Program-made: the position numbers and the translations under genes
Notes under the pieces: model-generated
What the model saw: only the letters and a program-made list of their open reading frames with translations
Told to the model about the DNA's origin: nothing
The model's database searches: none
NCBI GenBank assembly: GCA_965219085.1
Contig: OZ244720.1
Coordinates: 960,001 to 1,024,000 of the forward strand
DNA from: Dehalococcoidia bacterium
Lineage (GTDB): Bacteria > Chloroflexota > Dehalococcoidia > UBA2979
DNA length: 64,000 nucleotides
Direction of reading: 5' to 3'
Part shown: piece after piece, positions 28,664 to 37,892 of the stretch
How the letters are laid out: every line of letters starts with the position of its first letter
How positions within the stretch are numbered: position 1 is the first letter of the stretch

Positions 28664-30268
28664 ATGACCAACAGCGCGGCCGAGCCGAATCGCGTCCACC
28701 TCTACGACACCACCCTCCGCGACGGCCTCGGGATGGAGGGCCTCTCCCTCTCCGTCGAGGACAAGATCGCCATTGCCCGCCGCCTCGACGAACTCGGCGT
28801 CGAGTACATCGAGGGCGGCTACCCGGGCTCCAACCCCAAGGACGCCGAGTTCTTCGAGCGCATGCGCGAGACCCCGCTGCGCAACGCCAGGCTCGTCGCC
28901 TTTGGCTCGACGCGGCGAGTCGGCGGCGAGGCTGCGACGGACCCGGCGCTTGCCGCGATCCTCGCCGCCGGGACGCCCGTGGCGACCCTCGTCGGCAAGT
29001 CCTCGGCCGAGCAGGTGCGCACCGTCCTCGAAACGACCGAGGAGGAGAACCTCGCGATGATCGCGGACTCCGTGCGCCTGCTCGTCGAGCACGGCCGCGA
29101 GGTGATCTTCGACGCCGAGCACTTCTTCGACGGCTTCGCCGACGACCCGCAGTACGCGATCGCCACGCTGCGCGCGGCGGCCGGCGCGGGCGCCTCGGCG
29201 GTGGCGCTCTGCGACACCAACGGCGGTTCGATGCCGGAGCACGTCGTGCGAGGCGTGCAGGAGGCAGTGCGGGTGGTCGACTGCGGAATCGGCATCCACG
29301 TCCACAACGACACCGACCTCGCCGTCGCGAACACGCTGCTGGCCGTGCAGGCCGGCGCGACGCAGGTGCAGGCGTGCCTCAACGGCTGGGGCGAGCGCTG
29401 CGGCAACGCGAACATCATCTCGGTCATCGCGAACCTCCAGCTCAAGCTCGGTATCGAGGTGGTGGGCGAGGAGCAACTCGAGCGGCTCACCGAGCTCTCG
29501 CACTTCGCCACGGAGTTGGCGAACCTCGCACCGAACCCGCAGCAGCCCTACGTGGGGACCAGCGCGTTCGCGCACAAGGCGGGACTGCACGTCGCCGCCA
29601 TCACGAAGTCGGCGGGCTCCTACACCCACGTCGACCCGGGCGCCGTCGGCAACATCGAGCGCGTACTCGTCTCCGAACTCTCCGGGCGGCGCAACATCGT
29701 CGCCAAGCTCGCCGAGCAGGATGCCGGGATCGCACTCAGTAGCGCAGAGGCCAGCGCGCTGGCCGAGGACGTGAAGGACCGCGAAGCGCGCGGCTTCCAG
29801 TACGAGTCCGCGGAAGCATCGTTCGAGCTGCTCGCGCGGCGCTCGCTCGGCGGCTACATCGCGCCGTTCGGCCTCGAGGACTTCCTGATCGTCGAGCGCC
29901 GCCGGCCGGGCGGGGGCGAGGCGGAGAACGAGATGCAGGCCGAGGCGATGGTGAAGGTGCGCGTCGGCGAGACGCTGAGCCAGACTGCCGCCGACGGCAA
30001 CGGCCCGGTCTCTGCCCTCGACGCTGCCGTGCGACGCGCGCTGCTCGAGTCGTTCCCGGACCTCGCTCGCGTGCACCTGGTGGACTACAAGGTGCGGATC
30101 ATCAACCCCGACGGCGGCGCCGACGCCGCCGTGCGCGTGCTCATCGAGTCCTCGGACGGCGCGCACCTCTGGCGCACCGTCGGCGCCTCAACCGACGTGG
30201 TCGAGGCGTCGTGGTTGGCGCTTCAGGACGCGTACGAGTACTGGATCATGCGCTGGGGAGGGATATAG
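28664..30268 (+). CDS. cimA: Citramalate synthase (LeuA-family CimA)
   Basis: YDTTLRDG, IEGGYPGSNPKD, DAEHFFDG, LCDTNGG, SAFAHKAGLH, LVSELSG, DYKVRI. Confidence 0.92.
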   Translation: MTNSAAEPNRVHLYDTTLRDGLGMEGLSLSVEDKIAIARRLDELGVEYIEGGYPGSNPKDAEFFERMRETPLRNARLVAFGSTRRVGGEAATDPALAAILAAGTPVATLVGKSSAEQVRTVLETTEEENLAMIADSVRLLVEHGREVIFDAEHFFDGFADDPQYAIATLRAAAGAGASAVALCDTNGGSMPEHVVRGVQEAVRVVDCGIGIHVHNDTDLAVANTLLAVQAGATQVQACLNGWGERCGNANIISVIANLQLKLGIEVVGEEQLERLTELSHFATELANLAPNPQQPYVGTSAFAHKAGLHVAAITKSAGSYTHVDPGAVGNIERVLVSELSGRRNIVAKLAEQDAGIALSSAEASALAEDVKDREARGFQYESAEASFELLARRSLGGYIAPFGLEDFLIVERRRPGGGEAENEMQAEAMVKVRVGETLSQTAADGNGPVSALDAAVRRALLESFPDLARVHLVDYKVRIINPDGGADAAVRVLIESSDGAHLWRTVGASTDVVEASWLALQDAYEYWIMRWGGI

Positions 30269-30337
30269 GAGCCGACGCCAGGCGTCGTCCCGCCCCGAGC
30301 CCGGAACGCGGCCCGTGCCGGAAGTCCCACGCAGCCC

Positions 30338-31810
30338 TCAGATGTCTCCTCTGGCGGAGGAGTCCGCGGTGAGCGGGACCGAGACGGCGGCGAGGCTGAC
30401 GGTGAACACCGTCCCCTCTTCGCTGGTGGAGCGGACCTCGATCGTCCCCCCATGCGCCTGCACGAGTTCGGCGACGATGGCCAGGCCCAGGCCGCTGTGC
30501 GCGCTGCTGCTGCGTGCCGGATCGACCTGGTAGAAACGGTCGAAGATGTGATCCAGCTCGTCCGGCGGGATGGGCGGGCCACCGTTGTGCACCTCCATCA
30601 CGACGCCATCGCCGGCGCGCTCCGTGCGGACCACGACAGCGGAGTCCGGGGGCGCGAAGCGGATCGCGTTCTCCAGCAGGTTCGCGCAGACCTGCTCAAG
30701 CCGCCGCTCGTCACCGATGACGAGCGCCCCCGCGAGGCGGGGTTCGACTCGCACCCCGGCTGCCTCGGCCTCGAAGCGCAGCCTCCGGAGCGTCGCCGTG
30801 ATCAGCCCGTCGAGGTTCACGGGTTCGCGCTCAATCTCCAGTTCACCCGACTCGAGGCGCGAGAGGTAGAGGAGGTCGTCAACGAGTTCACGCATGCGCT
30901 CGGACTCTTCATGGACGACCTCGGCGAGGTTGCGCGCCTCCTCCGGGTCAGTGACGACCCCGTCGGCGAACGCCTGCGTGAATCCCTGGATCGAGGTGAG
31001 GGGCGTGCGCAGCTCATGAGACACGTCGGCGAGCAACTGCCGCATGGAACGGTTGCTGCGGTTGACCTGGGACGACATCTGGTTGAACGCGCGGGCGAGG
31101 TTGGCGATCTCGTCGTTGCCGCGAACCTCGATGGTTTGTTCATAGTCGCCGCGCGCCATGGCCTGGGCCGCGCCGGTCATCTGCACGATCGGGCGCGTGA
31201 TGCGCTGCGCAAGCAGCGTGCTGACCACCACCGCGAAGAGCGCCGCGATGCCGCCACCGAGCAGCAGCCGCGGCAGCAGTGCCGCCCACGCCTCCGTTAC
31301 GTCACCTGCGGGCACCGCGATGTAGAGCCTTGGCTCGGTGACCGGCAGCAACCGCATGACGGCGGCCTCGGTCTCGCTGTTCGAGGCGAATACGAACAGG
31401 TCGTGACCGCCTACCCGGACGCGACTCGAGACGAAGGACGCACCGTCGGACGAAATCGACTCCTCGCTGGTGTCCGGTCCGGACATGGCCATTGTCTCGC
31501 CCAGGAGGGAGCCCGCCTCGGTACTGTCGAATATCACGCGGCCATCGCCGTCGACGAGCAGGACCCGAACGTCGAAGAACTCCGCATAGGCGGCGAGCTG
31601 CGGGTCGATGCGTTGCCTGGACCAGCCAACGAACGCCATTTCGTCGTACGCCTGCGAGATCGGAGCGACGAGGTGGCCGATCCGCTCCTCAGCCCGGCGC
31701 GCCTCGTGATCGCGGAGCAGAAACAGGGAGGCGACGGCGATGAGGATGAGGATGAGCGCAATGACCACGCCGAAGCTGAGCAGGAGGCGGAGGCGGAGAC
31801 TGTGGATCAT
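30338..31810 (-). CDS. HAMP-domain sensor histidine kinase
   Basis: Two TMs, HAMP, H-box SHELRTPL, N-box NLLENA, FDRFYQ, GLGLAI. Confidence 0.93.
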   Translation of the reverse strand: MIHSLRLRLLLSFGVVIALILILIAVASLFLLRDHEARRAEERIGHLVAPISQAYDEMAFVGWSRQRIDPQLAAYAEFFDVRVLLVDGDGRVIFDSTEAGSLLGETMAMSGPDTSEESISSDGASFVSSRVRVGGHDLFVFASNSETEAAVMRLLPVTEPRLYIAVPAGDVTEAWAALLPRLLLGGGIAALFAVVVSTLLAQRITRPIVQMTGAAQAMARGDYEQTIEVRGNDEIANLARAFNQMSSQVNRSNRSMRQLLADVSHELRTPLTSIQGFTQAFADGVVTDPEEARNLAEVVHEESERMRELVDDLLYLSRLESGELEIEREPVNLDGLITATLRRLRFEAEAAGVRVEPRLAGALVIGDERRLEQVCANLLENAIRFAPPDSAVVVRTERAGDGVVMEVHNGGPPIPPDELDHIFDRFYQVDPARSSSAHSGLGLAIVAELVQAHGGTIEVRSTSEEGTVFTVSLAAVSVPLTADSSARGDI

Positions 31811-31831
31811 GGCGCGCCCGGTACGTCGGGG

Positions 31832-32530
31832 TTATGACGCCCTGGCGGGGGTCAGCTTGTAGCCGACGCCCCACACGGTCTCGATCTCAGCATCGGCGTC
31901 GTGCAGCTTCTCGCGCAGCGAGGCGACGTGGACGTTGATGGTGCGCGCATCGCCGTAGTAGTCGTGCCCCCACACCATCGAGAGCAGCCGTTCGCGGTCG
32001 AGGACCACGTTGGGGTGGCTGAGGAAGGCGTGCAGCAGGTCGAACTCGCGATGCCGCAACCGCACCAACTCGCCGGCGACGCGGACATCGCGGCTCGACG
32101 GATCGAGTTCGACGTTGCCGACCGTCACCATCGGGGCCGCCCGTTCGGGATCGTCGGACCGGTCCCAGTCGCGACGGCGCAGCGCAGCCTTCACCCGCGC
32201 GACCACCTCGCGAGGATTGAACGGCTTCGTGATGTAGTCGTCGGCGCCCATCTCCAGCCCGACCACCTTGTCGATGTCCTCGGAGCGCGCGGTCAGCATC
32301 AGCACCGGGACGTTCGACTCCTTGCGGATCTCGGCGCAGACGTCGAAGCCGCTGAGTTCGGGCATCATCAGGTCGAGCAGCACGAGGTCGGGCGACTGGT
32401 CGCGGAAACGCTGAAGCGCCTCGCGCCCGTCGCCGGCGGCGATGACCTCGTGGCCCTCGTTCTGCAGGTAGAGTCGCAGCAGGCGGACGATGTTGGGTTC
32501 GTCGTCGGCTACCAGAATCTTGGCGGGCAT
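31832..32530 (-). CDS. OmpR/PhoB-family response regulator
   Basis: ILVADDE, LLDLMMP, GADDYITKPF, winged helix ETVWGVGY. Confidence 0.95.
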   Translation of the reverse strand: MPAKILVADDEPNIVRLLRLYLQNEGHEVIAAGDGREALQRFRDQSPDLVLLDLMMPELSGFDVCAEIRKESNVPVLMLTARSEDIDKVVGLEMGADDYITKPFNPREVVARVKAALRRRDWDRSDDPERAAPMVTVGNVELDPSSRDVRVAGELVRLRHREFDLLHAFLSHPNVVLDRERLLSMVWGHDYYGDARTINVHVASLREKLHDADAEIETVWGVGYKLTPARAS

Positions 32531-32882
32531 AGTTGTTGGCCCACGCTTTCTCCGCTGGGCAATCGCCCTGCGGAAGCGGTGTAGGGGGTCGGCCCGGACG
32601 ACCCGCGAGCGGGTCTCCATCGCCACCGTTCGCAACCGCTCCCACCACCGTCATTCGCGACAACGCTGGCCGGGCGCGACCCCTTCGGATCTATCGTCGT
32701 CCCGAACCGTCATGCGGCCGCCATTCAAGTGTAAACAAAGTGTGATCGTCTCCGCGATTGCGCGCGAAACCGCGCCACCGCGCGACGAACGCGCAGTGGA
32801 GCGGCGCGTGCGAGCGCCCCTCACGGGCGTCGATCACCGGCCGGCGCAGTGCCGGCCGGGATGCGGTGTTGGAGCCCGGCGA

Positions 32883-33101
32883 CTAGAGGCGGAGCTTGCC
32901 GTGCGAGGGCTGGCGACGCCGCTGCTTACCGGCAGCGAGGCGCTCTTCCTCGAGCAGTTCCTGCGGGTCGGCGACCTCGGTCTCGTGGACATGCCCGCAA
33001 GCGATGCAGCTTGCGAACTTCCCGTACCAGTCGTCCTCAACGATCATGAGCCCGCTACAGCGCGGGCACCGATTAGGCGGCACACTAGTGATCACAGCCA
33101 T
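32883..33101 (-). CDS. Small zinc-ribbon protein (72 aa)
   Basis: CPRC-x16-CIACG with a basic tail; directly downstream of the riboswitch. Confidence 0.8.
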   Translation of the reverse strand: MAVITSVPPNRCPRCSGLMIVEDDWYGKFASCIACGHVHETEVADPQELLEEERLAAGKQRRRQPSHGKLRL

Positions 33102-33153
33102 ACCCTTGTGTAGGCGTCCAGGCCGGAATCCCTCCGGCTTGAGGCTGGATCGG

Positions 33154-33265
33154 TGCCGCCGGGGTTAGCTGACGGGTTCGGGTCGACCCAGTCTGACCCG
33201 CCCTCGCTAGAGGGTTCACCCCAAGAGGTGGTTCCCCCGGTTCCCGCCTGAGCGGGAATTAGGCA
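33154..33265 (-). ncRNA. Cyclic di-AMP (ydaO/yuaA) riboswitch
   Basis: Minus strand: TGCCTAATTCCCG..CGGGAA-CCGGGGGAACC..TTGGGGTGAACCC..GGGTC..GACCCGAACCCGTCAGCTAACCCCGGCGGCA, matching ydaO hallmarks (GGGGGAACC, GGGGUGAA, CCCGAACCCGUCAGCUAACCCCG). Confidence 0.9.
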
Positions 33266-33313
33266 GAGTGCACACGCACTCCAGACGTGCCGTCTTTTGG
33301 ACGACCGCTGCGC

Positions 33314-33341
33314 AGGATACCGATCGCAGCGCGTCTGTCAA
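33314..33341 (-). promoter_or_regulatory. Sigma70-type promoter of the riboswitch/zinc-ribbon transcript
   Basis: TTGACA-16 bp-TATCCT on the minus strand. Confidence 0.65.
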
Positions 33342-33469
33342 CTCCTTCACAATCGAATCTCGTCGATCGCTGCGGTGACCGCCCGCCGAGGCGTCCTCAT
33401 CTCGCGTCCTTACGTCGGCGGCGGCATACTGCCGGCACGAGTTGCCGTTCCTCATTGAGAGCGCCCGCA

Positions 33470-34582
33470 ATGTCCGAACTCTCGCCGGATGCGACGACCA
33501 TCGCCCGTACCGCCGCTGCGATCGGCCCGCTCGACCCCTCCGCTCGCGCTGCGGCCGAGGCGCGACAGGGCCGCCTCACGAAGCCGCCGGGCTCACTCGG
33601 CCGTCTCGAAGACCTAGCGACGCGCATCGCGGCGATGACAGGGCGCGACCGTCCAAGCCTCAACGCGCGGCTGATCGTCGTCGCGGCGGGCGACCACGGC
33701 GTGGTCGCGCAGGGCGTCTCACCGTACCCGCAGTCGGTGACGGCGCAGATGGTGGCGAACTTCGTGCGCGGCGGCGCGGCGATCAACGTCCTCGCCGACC
33801 ACGCGGGCGCGCGCGTGCGAGTCGTCGACGCCGGCGTGGCGACCGGGCTGCCGTCCGAGGTGGCCGACGACCCGTCGCTGCTGCGCCTCGGTCTCGGCCC
33901 GGGTACGGCCGACATCACCGCCGGGCCGGCGATGCCGCGGGAGGCGGCCGAACGCGCCGTCGCGGCCGGCATCGAACTCCTGACGGATGAGCGACGCGGC
34001 GACGGCGTCGACATCGTCGGTTGCGGCGAGATGGGCATCGGCAACACCACGTCCGCAGCCGCGCTGATCGCGGCAGTGACGGGCCACACACCTGCCGCGG
34101 TGACGGGCCGCGGCACCGGCGCGGACGACGCGACGTACGCGCGCAAGGTGCGCGCCGTCGAACGGGCGATCGAGGTGAACGCGCCGGACCCCGCGGACGG
34201 CATCGGGTTGTTGGCTTCCCTCGGCGGCTACGAGATCGGCGTGCTGGCCGGCGTGTACCTGGCGGCGGCCGGCGCGCGGGTGCCTGCGGTGATGGACGGT
34301 GTGATCTCGGGCGCGGCGGCGCTCGTCGCCGCGGCGATCGCGCCCGGCGTGGCGGACTACGTCATCGCCTCGCACCGCTCCGCCGAGCCGGGGCACCTCG
34401 CGGTTCTTGAGCGGTTCGGCCTCGATCCACTGCTCCACCTCGGGATGCGGCTCGGCGAGGGGAGCGGCGCGGCGCTCGGCATCTCGCTGTGCGTCGCGGC
34501 GTGCCGCCTGCTCGATGAGATGGCGACGTTCGGCGAGGCCGGCGTGGACGATTCAGACGCGGCTGTACCGCCCGAGGCGTAA
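33470..34582 (+). CDS. cobT: Nicotinate-nucleotide--dimethylbenzimidazole phosphoribosyltransferase
   Basis: LTKPPGSLGRLE, AGDHGV, GEMGIGNTT, MRLGEGSGA. Confidence 0.95.
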   Translation: MSELSPDATTIARTAAAIGPLDPSARAAAEARQGRLTKPPGSLGRLEDLATRIAAMTGRDRPSLNARLIVVAAGDHGVVAQGVSPYPQSVTAQMVANFVRGGAAINVLADHAGARVRVVDAGVATGLPSEVADDPSLLRLGLGPGTADITAGPAMPREAAERAVAAGIELLTDERRGDGVDIVGCGEMGIGNTTSAAALIAAVTGHTPAAVTGRGTGADDATYARKVRAVERAIEVNAPDPADGIGLLASLGGYEIGVLAGVYLAAAGARVPAVMDGVISGAAALVAAAIAPGVADYVIASHRSAEPGHLAVLERFGLDPLLHLGMRLGEGSGAALGISLCVAACRLLDEMATFGEAGVDDSDAAVPPEA

Positions 34583-34591
34583 GCTACCGAC

Positions 34592-35383
34592 ATGGGAGCA
34601 TCGCTGCGCTCACTCTTCACATCGGCGCCGATCGCCCTTGAGTTCCTCACCCCGTTGCGGCTGCGCCGGGTGCGCCGCTGGGACGACGCAACGTTCGCGA
34701 GCGCGCTCGGCTGGTACCCGGCGGTCGGCCTGCTGATCGGGCTGGTGCTGCTCGGGATCGATGTCGCCACCGAGGAGTTGCTGCCGGTCGGCGTGCGCTC
34801 CGCGCTGCTGGTGGCCGCGCTCGCCGTGCTCTCGGGCGGGCTACACCTCGACGGCGTCGCCGACACGGCGGACGGCATGGCGCTGCAGGGCGAACGCAGC
34901 GAGCGGCTGGGCGTGATGAGCGCCGGGAACGTCGGGCCCGCCGGCGCGATGGCGCTCGTGATCGTGCTGCTCGTGCAGTGGTCCGCCCTCTCGGCCCTCG
35001 CCGATCCGCTCCGCGCGGCCGCGCTCGTGCTGGCGCCGGCGATGGCGCGCTGGACGGTCGCGCCCGTCGCGGTGCTGTTCCGCTCCGCCCGCCCGCGAGG
35101 GCTCGGCGCGACGCTGCAGCAGGGTGTGTGGCCGTTCGCGGCGCCGCTCTCGGCGGTGATTGCCTTCGCCGCGGGCTACCTGCTGTTCGGGCCCGAGGGC
35201 CTCGTGCTGCCGGTCGCCGCCGCCGTCGCTGCGATCATCCTCGCCGGCGCAGCGTCGCGGATGATCGGCGGCGTGACGGGCGACACCTACGGTGGCGCGA
35301 TCGAGATCGCGCAGGCCGCCACGCTCATCGTCATCCTCGCCGCCGCCTCCCAGGGCTGGCTCGAACCCACCTTCCTCGAGTAG
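34592..35383 (+). CDS. cobS: Adenosylcobinamide-GDP ribazoletransferase
   Basis: FLT, GGLHLDGVADTADG, GGVTGDTYG. Confidence 0.92.
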   Translation: MGASLRSLFTSAPIALEFLTPLRLRRVRRWDDATFASALGWYPAVGLLIGLVLLGIDVATEELLPVGVRSALLVAALAVLSGGLHLDGVADTADGMALQGERSERLGVMSAGNVGPAGAMALVIVLLVQWSALSALADPLRAAALVLAPAMARWTVAPVAVLFRSARPRGLGATLQQGVWPFAAPLSAVIAFAAGYLLFGPEGLVLPVAAAVAAIILAGAASRMIGGVTGDTYGGAIEIAQAATLIVILAAASQGWLEPTFLE

Positions 35384-35407
35384 GCAGCGGACGGCGCGGC
35401 GCCCAAC

Positions 35408-35974
35408 ATGGCCGAGCTGTGGTTCGTCACGGGCGGCGCCCGCTCAGGCAAGAGCAGCTACGCCGAACGCCTCGCCTCCGCCACTGGCCGCGGCGTCGTC
35501 TACATCGCGACCATGGAGCCACTCGACGAGGAGCTTGTGCGTCGCGTTGCGGCGCACCGCGCCGCCCGGCCCGCCGGCTGGGAGACCGTCGAGGCGCCGC
35601 TCGACCCCGCAGGCGCCCTCGAGGCTGCCGATCCCGAGCGGTGCGTGTTGCTCGATTGCCTGTCGCTCTGGGTCGCGAACCGCATGGGGCCGCTCGGCGA
35701 TGCCCCGGCGCCCGACGATCTCGCCCAGCTCGAGCGCACGCTCGAGGCCGACGTCGCGCGACTCATCGACGCGGCGCGAGCCCGAAAGGGCGAGACGGTC
35801 GTCGTCACCAACGAGGTCGGGAGCGGGCTCGTGCCGCCGTACCCCCTGGGCCGCGCCTACCGCGACGTGCTGGGCCGGGTGAACCAGCAGGTCAGCGCCG
35901 CCGCCGACCGTGCGTGGTTGCTCGTGTCGGGGCGAGCGCTGGAGTTGCCCCCGGCGGGCCCGCCCGCCGCCTGA
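35408..35974 (+). CDS. cobU: Adenosylcobinamide kinase/guanylyltransferase
   Basis: GGARSGKSSYAE, LLDCLSLW, TNEVGSGLVP, YRDVLGRVNQ. Confidence 0.93.
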   Translation: MAELWFVTGGARSGKSSYAERLASATGRGVVYIATMEPLDEELVRRVAAHRAARPAGWETVEAPLDPAGALEAADPERCVLLDCLSLWVANRMGPLGDAPAPDDLAQLERTLEADVARLIDAARARKGETVVVTNEVGSGLVPPYPLGRAYRDVLGRVNQQVSAAADRAWLLVSGRALELPPAGPPAA

Positions 35975-36030
35975 CGCGCAGACGACGCGTCGGCGAGGGC
36001 GGCACGGGCGAGCCGCCGGGGACGAGGGAG

Positions 36031-37233
36031 CTACCCCGGCCACATCCGCAGCGTGGCCGTGAGTTCGATCACCCGGCCGTCGCGCACGACGGTGAGGGTC
36101 ACCTCGCCGCCGACGTCCTGGTCGTCGACGAGACGTGAGAGCTGGCCCATGGTCAGGATCTCGACGCCCTCGAACCCGGTGATGACATCGCCGCCTTGCG
36201 CGAGGTCGCCCTCGCCGTCGGGCTGCGACGCGGCCACAAGGCCGGCGCGGTCGGCGGCGCTGCCGGGCACGACGTCGGTGACATAGACGCCGCGCACCGC
36301 GTCGACGCCGGCGTCGGCGGCGCTGAGGGTGTTCAGCGTGATGCCGGCCATCCCCAACTGGGCGTGCGTGATGTCGGCGCCGGCGATCATCTCCGGGATG
36401 TACCGCAGCACCGTGTTCGAGGGCACTGCGTAGCCGATGCCGATGAAGAAGCTCTGCCCCACGGGGTTCTCGACCGCCGTCGTAATGCCGATGACCTCAC
36501 CCGCGGCGTTGAAGAGCGGCCCGCCGGAGTTGCCGGGGTTGACCGCGGCGTCCGTCTGGATGACGCCACGCACCGGGCGTCCGCCAAGGTGCTGATGCGC
36601 CTCGCGGTCGATGCCGCTCACGATGCCCGAGGTCACCGCGAAGTCGAGGTCGAACGGGTTGCCGATCGCGAACACCGACTCGCCAACGCGCACGGCGTCT
36701 GAGTCGGCGAAGACCGCGGGTACCGACGCGCCGGCCGGGATCCTGGCGCGGAGTACGGCGAGGTCGTTGCTGGGGTCAGAGCCGAGCAGTTCGGCCGCAA
36801 CGACGGTGCCGTCATACAGCTCGACGACGATCGTCACGGCCCCTCGCACCACGTGGTCGTTCGTGACGATGTGCCCGCTCTGGTCGACCACGACCCCGCT
36901 GCCGACGCCGCCGCCGAGCTGGCCGCGCGCCCGGATCTGCACGACCGAGGGCGCCACACGCTCGATCATGTCCGGCAGGTCCGTGATCGCAGTGCTCATC
37001 GAGGTGGGGCCGCGGGGCGGCGTCGGGGTCGCCTCGAGCACCACGGGCGGCTGGGTCGGGGCCGGCGCGGTGGCGGTCGGCGTCGGGGTCGCCGTGGCGA
37101 CAGGCACGGCTGCCGTCGTGTCCGGGCCGCCGTCGTCGCCACCGATCGAGGTGGCGAGCAACGCGCCGAGGGCCATCGAGACGACGATCACGACGCCGAA
37201 CAGGAATGCGAGGGGCCAGCTCTTGAACGTCAT
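36031..37233 (-). CDS. HtrA/DegP-like membrane-anchored serine protease with PDZ
   Basis: TNDHVV, NDLAVL, QTDAAVNPGNSGGP, C-terminal PDZ. Confidence 0.92.
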   Translation of the reverse strand: MTFKSWPLAFLFGVVIVVSMALGALLATSIGGDDGGPDTTAAVPVATATPTPTATAPAPTQPPVVLEATPTPPRGPTSMSTAITDLPDMIERVAPSVVQIRARGQLGGGVGSGVVVDQSGHIVTNDHVVRGAVTIVVELYDGTVVAAELLGSDPSNDLAVLRARIPAGASVPAVFADSDAVRVGESVFAIGNPFDLDFAVTSGIVSGIDREAHQHLGGRPVRGVIQTDAAVNPGNSGGPLFNAAGEVIGITTAVENPVGQSFFIGIGYAVPSNTVLRYIPEMIAGADITHAQLGMAGITLNTLSAADAGVDAVRGVYVTDVVPGSAADRAGLVAASQPDGEGDLAQGGDVITGFEGVEILTMGQLSRLVDDQDVGGEVTLTVVRDGRVIELTATLRMWPG

Positions 37234-37328
37234 GTTGTCCTCGTCCTCGCGAGGCGGGGCGGCGCCTTTGATGATGGCACGCCAATAGTCACCGGAGGAT
37301 AAAGCGCGGGCAGAGAAGTGTTACGCGT

Positions 37329-37892
37329 TCACTCGGCGTGCGCGTGCCCGCCGGGGGTTCCGGTCCACACGCTGCGATCCTCGATGCCGTTCGCGCGGTA
37401 GCGCAGCGCGTTCTCGTAGTACGGCATCGGACCCTCGGAGCTCTCGCGCATGCGGGCGATGCGGTCCGGCTTGGTCTGCCGCACCTTGCCGGGGACGCCG
37501 ATGACGAGCGAGTACTCCGGCACCTGCTCTCGCGGCGAGACCAGCGCCCCGGCAGCGACCAGCGAGTGCGAGCCGATCACGGCGCCCGGCAGTAACGTCG
37601 CGTTGTTGCCGAGCAGCACGTCGTCGCCGACCGCACGGCAGTGCACCACCACCGCATGCCCGATGGTCACGTCGTTGCCGATGGTCAGCGGTTCGTCGGT
37701 GTGGATGACGACGTTGTCCTGCACGTTCACGTCGGTCCCGATGCGGATCGGCGCATAGTCGCCGCGGATCACCGCGCCCGGCCAGACCGAGCAGCGCTCG
37801 CCGATGACGACGTCGCCGATGACCGTCGCGCCCGGTGCGAGCCACGCGGAGTCGGCGATCTGCGGGGTCTTGCCCTCGAAGGGGACGATCAC
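37329..37892 (-). CDS. Gamma-carbonic-anhydrase-family hexapeptide-repeat protein
   Basis: IRGD, NVQDNVVIH, IGHAVVVH. Confidence 0.9.
   Translation of the reverse strand: MIVPFEGKTPQIADSAWLAPGATVIGDVVIGERCSVWPGAVIRGDYAPIRIGTDVNVQDNVVIHTDEPLTIGNDVTIGHAVVVHCRAVGDDVLLGNNATLLPGAVIGSHSLVAAGALVSPREQVPEYSLVIGVPGKVRQTKPDRIARMRESSEGPMPYYENALRYRANGIEDRSVWTGTPGGHAHAE

Noticed and set aside
33342-33469. Cobalamin riboswitch upstream of cobT
   Set aside because: No B12-box or conserved GGGAA..GGUG core; the nearby structured RNA is the opposite-strand c-di-AMP aptamer.
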